Part shown: positions 42,478-55,867 of the stretch, in pieces
Layout of the letters: each line of letters opens with the position of its first letter
Numbering within the stretch: the first letter of the stretch is position 1
NCBI GenBank assembly: GCA_964016885.1
Contig: OZ024741.1
Location: 85,312,001 to 85,376,000, forward strand
Direction: 5' to 3'
Length of the DNA: 64,000 bases
Source: Eledone cirrhosa
Lineage: Eukaryota
The notes under the pieces: generated by a model
What the model saw: only the letters and a program-made list of their open reading frames with translations
Database searches by the model: none
What the model was told of the DNA's origin: nothing
Position numbers and translations under genes: made by a program

Positions 42478-44331
42478 ACGTATCGTTAACCAGGTAATAC
42501 TAGAGGGGGCCATACCAAAAGATTGGTGCAGTAGCATCATTGTCAACTGCTACAAAGGTAAAGGCGATGCACTAGATAGAGGAAACTATAGAGGTATAAA
42601 GTTGATGGACCAGGTCATGAAAGTAACAGAAAGAGTTATAGCACAGCTGATTAGGGACCGGGTGAATATAGACGAGATGCAATTTGGGTTTGTACCAGGG
42701 AAAGGCACCACTGATGCCCTCTTCCTTGTGAGGCAATTACAGGAAAAGTACCTAGCTAAAAGTAAGCCACTCTACTTGGCATTTGTCGACCTTGAGAAAG
42801 CCTTTGACAGAGTTCCACGTGCAGTAATCTGGTGGGCTCTTAGAAAACTAGGAGTAGATGAATGGCTTGTGAAAGCGGTACAAGCCATGTATAGGGGAGC
42901 AGTCAGCAAAGTTAGGATTGGCAATGAGTATAGCGAGGAATTTAGCGTACAGGTTGGGGTCCACCAGGGCTCTGTTCTTAGCCCTCTCCTGTTCATCATA
43001 GTCCTGCAGGCAATAACGGAGGAGTTTAAGACCGGATGCCCATGGGAACTCCTGTATGCTGATGACCTCGCACTCATAGCTGAATCTATGGTAGAACTAG
43101 AGAATAAATTCCAAACCTGGAAGCAGGGACTAGAGAGAAAGGGCCTCAAAGTCAACATGACAAAGACTAAGGTCCTTATAAGTAGACGAGAAAACAGAAC
43201 CCAGATCCCCTCAGGGAAATGGCCTTGCTCAGTATGTAGGAAAGGTGTAGGTAGGAACTCCATTCTCTGCCCCAAATGCAAACAATGGGTACACAAGAGA
43301 TGTAGCGGGATCTCAGGAAGCTTAATTAAGAATGTAGGATTCACATGCAGCAGCTGTGCTGAAACAGCAAGCAGTAAACAGCCACAGGAAACAAGTACCA
43401 CCAATCTCTGGGAGGGCCCTGTAGAAACAGTAGACAGCTTCTGCTACCTAGGTGACCGAATTAGCAATGGAGGTGGGTGCTCAGAAAGTACAATAACTAG
43501 GGTAAGAACGGGATGGAAGAAGTTTAGGGAACTACTACCACTGCTAGCTGCAAAAGGCTTCTCCCTCAGAATGAAAGGCAGACTGTATGATGCGTGTATC
43601 CGAACAGCGATGTTGCATGGTAGTGAGACCTGGGCGCTGAAGGTGGAAGACTTACGTAGATTAGAGAGAAACGAAGCCTGCATGCTCCGATGGATGTGTA
43701 ACAGTAATATACGTGAACGACAAAGCATAAAGGAATTGAGAGAGAGACTGAGCATAAGAGGAATCAAATGCTGCGTGCAGGAGAGGCGGTTACGCTGGTA
43801 TGGACATGTGATGCGTATGAAGGATGACAGCTGCATAAAAAGGTGCAGAGCACTAGAAGTTGATGGAAACCGCGGAGTGGGGAGACCCAAGATGACTTGG
43901 GATGAGGTGATAAAAGCCGACCTTACCCAACTACACCTCTCAAAGTCAATGACACACGACCGTGACTTCTGGCGTCACGCAGTAATACAGGGTACACGAC
44001 CTCCCATGGGTACATGCTGAAGCATATAAACAATATGCCCCCACTCCCCCCACCGCAAGGTGGTCGTGGAGGTGCCACGGCAAAAAAGCACCCAGCCCAC
44101 ACTGTAAAGTGGACGTGTAGGCGCCACGAAAAAGCACCCAGCACTCACTGTAAATGAGGTTGGTGTTAGGAAGGGCATCCAGCTGTAGAAATCAAGCCAG
44201 ATCAGTTCCTGTATGAGCAAGGCATGGTCAGCCGACCAGACACTGCCCACAACAGGACAACCCGTCTAACCCATGCTAGTGTGGAAGAACGGACGTAAAA
44301 CGGTGATGATGATGATGATGATGATGATGAT
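42478..44331 (+). mobile_element. RTE LINE, 5'-truncated, RT ORF uninterrupted, with (GAT)n tail
   Basis: The ORF runs to 44020 with all RT motifs (YADD) and a Cys-rich PHD-like insert WPCSVC..CPKCKQWVHKRC..CSSC. (TA)n on both sides. Confidence 0.96.
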
Positions 44332-45229
44332 ATATATATATATATATAGAAAGGATGAATATAAAATGAAAGTGCTTTTGTTAAAAAAGGAATCTATTAG
44401 GTATTGACATATGTTTCTGTAACAGACCGAATACCTATGTATCGCTGCTTGCGTAATTATATAATGTTAGCAAGTATTCGATAGCAAATGTATAATCAGT
44501 TGTCACTTCTTCAGAGATTTTGGATAAATTGGATAAAATCAGAAAAATTGAAGTATTTATATTAGTAAAAGAGGAAGGAACAGAGGGGATAGTATATGAC
44601 AGATGGTAAATTAATTTACTGCTAAACAAGTATATATATATGTATTAGTTTTGCGAGGTTTTTTATATAATCGTGTGTCGAAATAAATATTGTTATACTT
44701 GGGGAGGGTCATATGTGTGTAATATTGCCAGAATTAATAACAGAACACACTCACTGTTTGGTTGGTTTTTGCTTTTCGCTTCTGTGTCTTTTATATCGGT
44801 AATCTAATTTACTCGGTCCTCAATGTTGCCATTGACTGACCGACGGTCAAAAATAATACAGATACAATATAGACACAAACACATAAATATAGTTTATCAT
44901 AAATCTTTCGTTGCACATCTGCAACATCGTCAGTGGTGCTATTGTTTCCTCTCATTGCATTGTATGTCTACGCTATTTTTATTTAGTCTGTCTATATATT
45001 TATTTATTTATTTGCTTGTTTGTTTATTTTATTTTGTCTTCTTTGCGCATGCGTTCGCGTGTGTGTATAGTGTTTTGTTTGATGTGTGTTCGTGATTGGG
45101 TGACTAGTGTGTGTTTATGTGTTTGTTGTTATTGTGCTTGTGTATGTATTTATTTATTTATTTATCTATTTATTTACTTATTTATACTTCTCTTAGGTCA
45201 GTGTTCTTTGTTTGGGTGTTGTTGTTATT

Positions 45230-47542
45230 CTATTCATTCTTTCTGTTTAGTCTTGGTCTTCTAAGTTCTATTTCACTGGCCTCTCTGATTTGCCTATCTG
45301 CTGGGTCATTTCTATGTTTAGATATTATTCTAATTTCTATGTTGTCTATGTTACCGTCATGTTGTTGTCTGGCATGTTCGTATAGTACTGACCCGTTTTT
45401 TCGTCCTTTTAGTTCCCCCCAGTGTTGGTCTATCCTTTCACCTATGCTACGAGCTGTCTCACCTATGTATGTTGTTGTCATGTTTCTGCAAGTACCCTCT
45501 GTACATCTTATGCTATAGACTAAGTTTCTAGTTTTACAGTTTATCCGGGGGTTTACCTTACATATGATACATTTCCTATTGGTACAGTGGGTTTTCTTAA
45601 AAGGGTAGGTTTTGCTGATCAGGGATTTTATGGTGGTTCCTGGCTTTTCTACCACCTTAATTTTTAAGTGGGTCTTTCTCAGGGCCTTTCTACACTGGTT
45701 AGCTAATTTCCCTCCAGGGGTAGCGTCCACAAACATGACACTCTGGTATCTCTGGTTGTCGTACCATGAGGTGGCTTTCCCTATCTTATGTCTAGCCCTA
45801 TCTAAGCTATTCCATGATTTGCTCCTGTATAATGTGCAAATTCCTTTCATGTCCAGTTCTATGAGGGTCTTATACTTCTCCATGGCTCCTTCGTATACTC
45901 TGACTCTGTCTCTTTGGTTGTAGCCAGAGAACTGCATGCGGTTGATGAAGTGTTGGATGTGTCTTTCCATTTCTGTTGGGTCGCACATGCGGGACACATT
46001 CTTCATCACTCGTACCAAATCTGCGATCAGAATATTAAACTTAGCACTACTGGACATTGCTGAGTTTTTGAGTATCAGGTATTTGGAGGCCATGGGTTTA
46101 GCATAGTGTGAGTGGAGAATTTGTGCTCTCTCGTCTATAGTGTTAATCCAGAGTTCCGTGTCTAATACAGGTAGTCTATTGTTAGGGTGTTTGAAAGGGA
46201 AGTCGATAGTTACAGTTATACTCTGGTGTATGGAATTAGCTATCTGCTGGATGCTTTCCATTGTGCTACGTTCTAAATCAAACTTGTTAGTGCTCTCTAG
46301 TGGGGATGTTCTTATAACTATATTGATATTGTCTACATAACGAGAGTACATGATGACGTCTATGGAGTTCTCATTAAGGAGATCCTTAAGTCTCCTTTCC
46401 CACCATACCATGAAAAGGTTGGCAACATCACCAGCTATGCTGACGCCAATGACTGCTCTCTCATTTTGGGTGTAGATCTTCTCGTTGAAATTAAATATGT
46501 TGCCCTTTAGGGTAGTTTTGATACTAGCCCCTATTGCATGTGCGACCATTTTTCTTACCTGATCATTGTTTTGGGGGGTCCTTATAGCTTTGGTCCACCC
46601 AATCCACCTTCCCATGGGAGTCTTTTTTGCCATTGAGGTTATGGTGGGGGGTCTACCTCTTATGGGTCTACTGGGGCAGAAACGTCTAAGGTCATGGCTG
46701 TCTAGGTAGTCAGTGTCGTAGGTAAGTCTAAGTAGGAGGCCCAGTTCGTCTGTGTCAACGTCGCAGAACTCCACCTCACTCTCAATGATTATCTCCACAC
46801 ATTTTTTCACAGCAAAATCAATGTTAATGGATGGGTTCAGTGACACCACATCCATGCTGCCTATTATGCAGTTGGATAGGTTCCTGTTTTTGTTGCACTC
46901 ACTGAATCTGCTGAGGAGGTCCTCTGTACTGTCACATACATCTGGGGACATCTTGATTATAGGGCGTATAACCATTGAGAGGAAGTAGGAGATCCTGTAG
47001 TTGCTAGCTATATTAGCTCCGTATACGGGTCTTGTTGGTGGTCCTGTTGTCGGGTCGTCGACTGTCTTGTGGTCTTTGCGGAGCCCATACAAGGGAGGTA
47101 TGCCATTGTTAGATGCCTGGAAGTTGTTGGCAGTGCGTCTGCTTGGCTTTAGGATGTCAGTCCACATCATGATGTGAGCGTTGAGGATTTTCTCTCTCCC
47201 ATCGTGTGTTTGTTGTGCAATTTCGCTCGCGTTGGTGATGTGGGGTTGCATAGCCTTGATGTAGTTCGGCATGCTATCTATTGACATCCTACCAGACTTA
47301 TCCGTGGGTAGACATACTACCTCACCATCCCTTGTGCGCTGCTTGAGGCTAACCAAGCCTTCTACAGGTTTCCTCCCAAGTTGTTGGGTCTCTGGTCTGC
47401 CCTGTCTCTTAGTATACCGGTCTACTATTTGTCTAATCTTATTTCTAGCTATGGTGAACTGTGCCTCTGTCTCGTCATCTATTTGTTGTGGTATGCAAAC
47501 TCTTTTATTAAAGGGTAACCTCGTAGGATAGATATTAGCCAT
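45230..47542 (-). pseudogene. PLE reverse transcriptase-GIY-YIG ORF, probably inactive
   Basis: The catalytic YVDD reads YVDN. A frameshift near 47590 separates it from the N-terminal part. The terminal EW is E-stop here but TGG in the inverted copy at 48667. Confidence 0.8.
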
Positions 47543-48961
47543 CTTATATGTTTTGTCAGCTAGGTTGAAAAATAGTTTCTCTAAGGGTTGTCATTATATC
47601 TATCGTCATAGTTGTGTGTGTTGCTATTATTGTTATTATGGTGGTTGTTGTTGTTCCTATCATTAGCATTATTATTATTGTTATGAATGCTAGATGTATT
47701 GTTGTTTACTTCACCGTTATTGTTGTTGTTACTGTTATTTCTACCATTGTGGTTGTTACTTTTATTATGTTTCTTGTTTTTGTTGTGTCTATCATTAATG
47801 TTGCTACATGTATTATTTCCATTATTACCACTGTGGTTATTGTTGTTGTTGTTCGTATTGTTACCGTTATTACTACTGTGGTCGCTGCTGCTGTGTCTGT
47901 GGTTAATGTTTCTATTATTATTATTATTGTGGTTGTTGTTGTTCTGTCTATCGTTAGTATTATTACCATTATTACTATTTCTCCGTTTCCTGCTATTGTT
48001 ATTGTTATGGCTGTTATTTCTATACTCAGAGTTATTGTTTATATTACTACTACCGTTATTATTGTTGTTGTTGTTGTTTACCTTTGCATTCCAACGTATT
48101 TTTGTGAAACACTTTTCCAGCTCCGTTTTGCACTCAATAGGGTTAATCTTTTTGTAGATGGCAAATTTTGGGGGTAGCTGCAGGATTTGTTGTTCTTGTT
48201 CAGTGTAGAAAGGCCCTAAGAAAGACCCACTTAAAAATTAAGGTGGTAGAAAAGCCAGGAATCACCATAAAATCCCTGATCAGCAAAACCTACCCTTTTA
48301 AGAAAACCCACTGTACCAATAGGAAATGTATCATATGTAAGGTAAACCCCCGGATAAACTGTAAAACTAGAAACGTAGTCTATAGCATAAGATGTACAGA
48401 GGGTACTTGCAGAAACATGACAACAACATACATAGGTGAGACAGCTCGTAGCATAGGTGGAAGGATAGACCAACACTGGGGGGAACTAAAAGGACAAAAA
48501 AACGGGTCAGTACTATACGAACATGCCAGACAACAACATAGCGGTAACATAGACAACATAGAAATTAGAATAATATCTAAACATAGAAATGACCCAGCAG
48601 ATAAGGCATATCAGAGAGGCCAGTGAAATAGAACTTAGAAGACCAAGACTAAACAGAAAGAATGAATGGAATAACAACAACACCCAAACAAACAACACTG
48701 ACCTAAGAGAAGTATAAATAAGTAAATAAATAGATAAATAAATAAATAAATACATACACAAGCACAATAACAACAAACACATAAACACACACTAGTCACC
48801 CAATCACGAACACACATCAAACAAAACACTATACACACACGCGAACGCATGCGCAAAGAAGACAAAATAAAATAAACAAACAAGCAAATAAATAAATAAA
48901 TATATAGACAGACTAAATAAAAATGGCGTAGACATACAATGCAACGGGAGGAAACAATAGC

Positions 48962-49003
48962 ACCACTGACGATGTTGCAGATGTGCAACGAAAGATTTAT
49001 GAT
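48962..49003 (+). ncRNA. Hammerhead motif in the PLE pseudo-LTR (mirror on - at 44896-44937)
   Basis: ACCA-CUGACGA-U-GUUGCA(GAUG)UGCAAC-GAAA-GAUU-UA-UGAU. Confidence 0.65.
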
Positions 49004-49177
49004 AAACTATATATATGTGTTTGTGTCTATATTGTATTTGTATTATTTTTGACCGTCGGTCAGTCAATGGCAACATTGAGGACCGAATAAATTAGATTAC
49101 CGATATAAAAGACACAGAAGCGAAAAGCGAAAACCAACCAAACAGTGAGTGTGTTCTGTTATTAATTCTGGCAATAT

Positions 49178-49364
49178 CAGGGCGGAGGATCGGCAGTATC
49201 GGTAGAGGGTCGGACGCCATGCTTTCCAACATAGTTACGTCCCTTTATGATCTGAGTTCAAATCCCGCCGAGGTTGACTTTGCCTTTCATCCTTACGGGG
49301 TCGATAAAATAAAGTACCAGTAATGCACTGGGTATTTGCTGGCCTTGTGCCTAAAGTAGAAACA
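49178..49364 (+). mobile_element. tRNA-derived SINE with 20-bp TSD
   Basis: GTTATTAATTCTGGCAATAT occurs at 49158-49177 and 49365-49384. The other PLE arm has a single empty copy (~44722-44741). Confidence 0.95.
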
Positions 49365-49426
49365 GTTATTAATTCTGGCAATATTACACAAATATGACCC
49401 TCCTCAAGTATAACAATATATATATG

Positions 49427-49507
<81 letters not shown>

Positions 49508-49799
49508 GTATATATATATGTATATATATATATGTATATATATATGTGTGTATATATATATGTATGTATATATGTATATATATATATGTATGTATATATA
49601 TATATATATTCTTCGCACCCTTTTTTCTCTCATTGGGATTTTAAAACATATAAGATATGTATTTATATTCAATTGATTCTGAGAAATTATTTTTCCAGGA
49701 ATAGAATATTCATTCTTGTTAGTTTAATGAACTGTTCATACATCCATTAGATGCTTCATTAAAAACCCTTGTTTAACCTTTCGTTTATATATATATATA

Positions 49800-50915
49800 A
49801 TGTTTCTGTATTTTTCCTGCAAGATTTTTTATATGAAATTGTGTGTTGAAACCGATATTGTTATATTTGGGGATGGTCATGTTGTCAGTATTTCCAGTAA
49901 AAAGAAACACACGCACTATATGATTTTCACTGTATCTTTATTACTTGTTATTCATTCATTTGTCAAAATTCTTTCCTCACACATTCTGTGACCTTCTCAA
50001 TGACTATCTGTTCTCTTTCATTCCATCTGTCTTTTATTTTGTGGTGTGTTTTTCATGATTTGTGTCTGTGCATGCGTTTGCGCTGTGCCTTCACCTGTTC
50101 ATGTGTGTCTTTGTGTCATATCTATGCGCATTTTAAATACATGGCCCTTAGTGTAGTTTTAATACTCACTCCCACCATATGTGTGATCATTCTTCTCACC
50201 GGGTCGTGATTTTCGGCGGTCCGTATGGCTGTGGTCCACCTGCTCCATCTTTTTGTGTGGGTCTTTGTGGCCATCGAGGTGATGGTAGGAGGTGTGCTTC
50301 TTACTGGTCTACTGGAGGAGATGCAGCTAAGGTTGTATTCATCTAGATTTTCTTTGCCACAGGTATGTCTGAGAAGGAGGCCCAGTTCCCCAATGTCAAC
50401 TCCTTGGAACTCCATGTCGATCTCGTTGATCAACTTCATGCATTTCTCCACAGCAAAGTCAATGGACTGGTATAAGGACACTACATCCATGCTTCCTATT
50501 ATGCAGTTTTTTAGGTCGTGATGCGGTTGCATTTGTTGATACTGTTGACGAGTTCTTCAATGCTGTTACACAGGTCTGGGAACATCTTGATTATGGGGCA
50601 TATAATCATGGAGAGGAAGAATTAAATGCTGTAGTTTCTGGTGTTGTTTGTTCTACAGACTGATCTTGTTGGTGGTCCTGCAACAAGATCAGTAGTTATT
50701 TTATTATCCTAATGGAGTCCATACAGCACTTGAATGTCATTATTTAAGATTTGGAAATTGTTGATCATGCACTTCCTTGATCCCAGAATGTCAGACCACA
50801 TCATCATGATGAATGAATGAATAAAGAACAATAAAAATACAGTGGAAATTATATGGTGCATGTGTTTCTTTTTATTGACAATACTAGCAGCATGATCATC
50901 CCCAAATATAAAAAT
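49800..50915 (-). mobile_element. Older, internally deleted PLE related to 44642-49418, with a short inverted arm
   Basis: ORF 50122-50532 (CIIGSMDVVSLY..DFAVEKC). ~50830-50912 is the reverse complement of ~49858-49945. Decayed hammerhead at ~49962-50005. Confidence 0.85.
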
Positions 50916-50943
50916 GTAATATATATATGTATATGTATCTATT

Positions 50944-50990
<47 letters not shown>

Positions 50991-50992
<2 letters not shown>

Positions 50993-53969
50993 CTGGCGAC
51001 CTAAATGGTCACGTTGGACAACATTGTGATGGCTATGACGGAATCCATGGAGGCTATGGGTTTGGTACTAGAAATGAGGAAGGCTCCAGAATCCTGGAAT
51101 TCTGTGACGCAAATAACCTAACTATCTGTAACACTAACTTCAAAAAACGAGACAATCACTTGATCACCTATAGATCAGGGGAACACGCCAGTCAGATAGA
51201 TTATATCCTTACCAGAAGACGTGACAGAGCGTCTGTTGTAAACACTAAATCCCTTCCCCATGAAGAATGCTCCTCCCAACATAGACTCATAGTCAGCGAC
51301 CTCATAGTCAGGACAAGACATACTCGACAACAGTGGAGGACTATCCTCAGGAGAAAAATATGGAAGCTAAAGGACACCACAGCCAGTAATAAATTTAAAA
51401 GCATATTACTTGATGCTTTTATCAGTAAGGAAGAGCAATTAGAGTCATACAATATAGAGGAACAGTGGAAATTCCTGAAAGCTAACCTGCTGAAGGCGGC
51501 AGATGAAGTCTGTGGCTGGAGCAGGCCTATAGGCAGGAGGAGAGTAACATGGGGTAGAACAGTAATGTGGAGGAGTCAATTAAGGCCAAAAAGCAGGCTT
51601 GGAAAGTATGGCGGGATGGGGGAAGTAGAGAAGACTATCAAGTGGCCAGGAGGGAAGCTAGGAGACAAGTGTACTTCACAAGAAGGGAAGCAGAGGAAAG
51701 AAAGTTCAAGCATGTTCTACAACGCGAGGACCAAAAACGTGAGGTGTTCAGGATTGCTAGGCAATGTGTCAAGGAAAACCATGATATTGTTGGGGAGAAG
51801 TGTGTCCTTAATGATGATGGTGTACTTGCCATCACCGACGCTGATAAGAAGGTAGCTTGGAAGTGTCACTACGAAAGGCTACTAAATGAGGAGAATAAAT
51901 GGGAGAAAGACAGTCTCCCCCACATCGATCCAATAGAGGGACCAGCAGTGCTAGTTGAAGGTAGTATAATAAGTAAGGCAATCAAAGATATGAAGACGGG
52001 TAAGGTGACTGGGCCTTTGGAAATAGTTGCTGAAATGCTGAAAGCATCTGGAACGGTGGGACACACTATGGTCACCCGGATAGTAAACCAAGTCATACAG
52101 AATGGGGTTGTTCCGAAGGACTGGCGTAGCAGCATCATCATTAACTGCTACAAGGGTAAAGGAGATGCCCTAGATAGGGGTAACTATAGAGGCATTTAAT
52201 TAATTGACCAGGTCATGAAGGTCACATAAAAAATAATAGCGCAACTAATCAGAGAGCGAATTGATCTAGATGAAATGCAGTTCGGGTTTGTGTCAGGTAA
52301 AAGTACCACAGACGCTCTTTTCATTGTACGACAACTCTACAGGAGAAGTACCTAGCTAAAAGTAAACCCCTATACTTAGCTTTTGTTGACTTGGAGAAAG
52401 CTTTTGACAGAGTCCCCTGCTCCATTATCTGGTGGGCTCTTAGAAAACTAGGTGTTGATGAATGGCTTGTGAGAGCTATACAAACCATGTATAAAGAAAT
52501 GGTCAGCAAGGTTAGAATTAACAACGAATATAGTGAAGAGTTTAGTGTAAAAGTTGGTGTTCATCAGGGCTCCGTTCTTAGCACCTTACTATTTATTATT
52601 GGCCTTCAGGCTATAACAGGGGAGTTCAAGACCGGCTGCCCATGGGAACTCCTATACGCAGATGATCTAACGCTCATAGCTGAATCAATGGCTGAACTAG
52701 AGAAGAAATTCCAAACATGGAAGCATGGCCTAGAATCAAAAGGCCTTAAAATTAACCTGTCTAAGACTAAAGTTCTAGTTTGTAGGAAGGAAAATAGGGC
52801 ACCGGTCCCATCTGGGAAATGGCCATGCTCAGTGTGTAGGAAAGGAGTAGGCAGAAACTCCATTTTATGTCCCAAAGCAAAGTATGGGTGCATAAAAGAT
52901 GTAGTGGGATCACAGGTAAGCTAACTAACAATATAGATTTTATATGTGGACGGTGCTCTGGTGCAATAAGTAGCAGCAAGTGCCCACAGAATACTAGCTC
53001 ATTCCATTGCACAGATGCTTCTATAGAAATAGTGGACACCTTCCGTTACCTGGGTGACAAAATCAGCAGTGGTGGAGGGTGCTCTGAAAGTACAGTAGCT
53101 AGGGTCAGAACGGGATGGAAAAAGTTCAGAGAGCTTATACCACTATTGGCCGCTAAAGGGTTCTCTCTAAATATGAAAGGCAGGCTATATGATGCCTGCA
53201 TACGAACAGCAATGTTACATGGCAATTAGACTTGGGCATTGTGTGCAGAGAATATACGCAGACTGGAGAGGAATGAAGCTTGCATTCTCCGCTGGATGTG
53301 TAATAGTAATATACGTGAACGGCAAAGCATAAACAAACTAAGGGAGAAATTAGGAATAAGAAGGATCAGATGTTGTTTACTCGAGAGACGACTACATTGG
53401 TACGGTCACGTAATGCGCATGAAAGACGACAGCTGTATAAAAAAAGTGCAAGGCGATAAAAATAGACGGTAGCCATGGAGTAGGCAGACCCAGAAAAACC
53501 TGGGACAACTTGATAAATTCCGACCTTACACACTTACACCTCTCCAAGACAATTTCACTGGACCGAGATCTTTGGCGCTACACAGTAATACAGAAGACCC
53601 GCCTTGCCTAAGTACAAAGCAAAACCTACAGTCAGTAGGCACCTCTAACAATCCCCCCCCCCCCGTCTCACTACCCCCACCTCATCCACACCACCCCTTT
53701 CAATGTAAAGTTATGTTGGTACCAGTCCGAAACAAATGAGGTCGTGTAGGTGTCACGACAAAAAAAACACACAGTCCACGTTGTAATGTGGCCGTGTAGG
53801 TAACACGGTAAAAACCTCCCAGTTCACACTGTAAACGTGGTTGGTGTTAGGAAGGGCATCCAGCCGTAGAAAACCCACCAGACAGTCCTATACGAGCAAG
53901 ACAACCAATCTTGCCTCAAGTGGGAAAATTCCCGTCCAAACCCATGCAAGCGTGGAAGATGGACGTTAA

Positions 53970-54001
<32 letters not shown>
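50991..54001 (+). mobile_element. RTE LINE (diverged subfamily; APE C-terminus plus RT), degenerate, with (GAT)n tail
   Basis: Motifs GDLNGHVG, RNEEG..ILEFC, SQIDYIL, SQHRL, EKAFD, GVHQGS and YADD. (TA)n flanks. Confidence 0.93.
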
Positions 54002-54730
54002 ATATATATATATATTTTAAATATATATATGTATGTATATATATATATATATATATTGAATACACAAGAATTTAATTATTATAATGAGCTAGTTACCTCC
54101 CCTTACGCATTAGCTCCCCTTAATTCCATACCCACTTCCGGACATTAAACCGTTGAAAATTCTCGCAGCTGAACAACTCTAATCTATAAATATGGATTAA
54201 ATAACTCTAAGTTACAATATATTACAACCCATTACTATAACAAACATTCAATACAAATATATCGTAACTTATGTAATGGATGTGAAATCTGTAACTTTCT
54301 TTTTCTACACACATACAAATTCGAACTATACAGAAAATATCCTCGCATTGCAACCACCATAATACACTAACATATTCGCTTAAAGTGCTTGTATTACTTG
54401 TATTTCATGTAATACCTTGCCATACAGTACTCATATATGCATGATACATTTGCTTGCTCCATTCCTTTATATATGACTAAAGCATGTACTATCTCTTTAA
54501 TTTAATTATTAGACTATTCTCTTGTATTATCTGTCACATGTATTCCACCCTATGCTTTTAATTTTAAATTTAATTTTGATTGTAATTTGAATTATTGTAC
54601 AATTATAGTATAATATAATATATGTCGCATATATTCCACACTGTAAACATGAAACTGTTGTCAATATATATGTATCTGTATGATTCTTCGGTTGAATAGG
54701 AGGTTAATTGTGTGTACAAACAGTAATAAT

Positions 54731-54766
54731 GCTCTGAAGACTCCAAGCCTAGGTTTGGAAGAAACA

Positions 54767-54772
<6 letters not shown>
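54731..54772 (+). ncRNA. Hammerhead motif truncated at the cleavage triplet
   Basis: CUGAAGA-C-UCCAAGC(CUAG)GUUUGGA-A-GAAA-CAAUUG-UA followed by (TA)n. The 3' strand of helix I is missing. Confidence 0.55.
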
Positions 54773-54813
<41 letters not shown>

Positions 54814-54821
<8 letters not shown>

Positions 54822-55381
54822 ATACTTTGGGAGGGTCATGTTGCCAATAAGAAACACACGCACCAGTTGCTTTCACTTCAATTTAATTTATTAAATATTT
54901 ATAAATTTACAAATTTATAAATTTCTGGTTGGTTGGTTGGTTCCACAACCAGATAGTTGTTTATATATATATATAGTCATAGTTCTTTCGTCACACACTC
55001 TGTGACCTCTTCAGTGACTGGGGATTTCTTTCTTCGTTTCTGTGCCTTTCCTTTCTTCTATCCTACGCAAAATGGCGTAGGATAGAAGAAAGGAAAGGCA
55101 CAGAAACGAAGAAAGAAATCCCCAGTCACTGAAGAGGTCACAGAGTGTGTGACGAAAGAACTATGACTATATATATATAAACAACTATCTGGTTGTGGAA
55201 CCAACCAACCAACCAGAAATTTATAAATTTGTAAATTTATAAATATTTAATAAATTAAATTGAAGTGAAAGCAACTGGTGCGTGTGTTTCTTATTGGCAA
55301 CATGACCCTCCCAAAGTATAACAATATCGGTTTCAACACACGATTTCAGATAAAGAATCTTGCTAAACAAATTCAGAAACG

Positions 55382-55384
<3 letters not shown>
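54814..55384 (+). mobile_element. Fold-back PLE pseudo-LTR element (~255-bp arms, 6-nt loop, tail) in (TA)n
   Basis: 54814-55068 is the reverse complement of 55075-55327. Termini and tail are homologous to those of the PLEs at 44642 and 49800. Confidence 0.88.
55124..55168 (+). ncRNA. Hammerhead motif (mirror on - at ~54975-55019)
   Basis: AGUCA-CUGAAGA-G-GUCACA(GAGUG)UGUGAC-GAAA-GAAC-UA-UGACU. Confidence 0.75.
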
Positions 55385-55459
<75 letters not shown>

Positions 55460-55721
55460 GTTTTTTAAATATATATATAGATAGATATATATGTATATAT
55501 ATATATGTTTTTAAATATATATATATATATGTATATATATATTTAAAAACATATATATATACATATACATATATGTATATATATATATATTTAAAAACAT
55601 ATATATGTATATTTAAAAACATATATATATATATATTTAAAAACATATATATATATATATTTAAAAACATATATATATACATATACATATATATATATTT
55701 AAAAACATATATATATACATA

Positions 55722-55754
<33 letters not shown>

Positions 55755-55762
55755 TTAAAAAC

Positions 55763-55796
<34 letters not shown>

Positions 55797-55867
55797 ATAT
55801 ATATACATATATATTTTTAAATAATATATATATATATACATTGTATATATTCTTTGTTTGTGATCAG

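Larger units (their letters stand above)
44642..49418 (-). mobile_element. Penelope-like element (RT plus C-terminal GIY-YIG; Naiad-like by recollection) with an inverted duplicate of its 3' ~1 kb at the 5' end
   Basis: 770-aa ORF 45230-47542 (PTDKSG, LYGLRKDHK..RPV, SMDVVSL, RYVDNI, PVLD, MQFSGY, LVYSIRC..YIGETARS..H). Arms at ~44688-45697 and 48201-49418, with (TA)n flanks. Confidence 0.93.

Noticed and set aside
44690-47542. Selenoprotein-type PLE (in-frame UGA plus SECIS, reported for some Naiad elements)
   Set aside because: The 770-aa ORF has no internal UGA, the zinc-finger cysteines are normal codons, and no convincing SECIS was seen.
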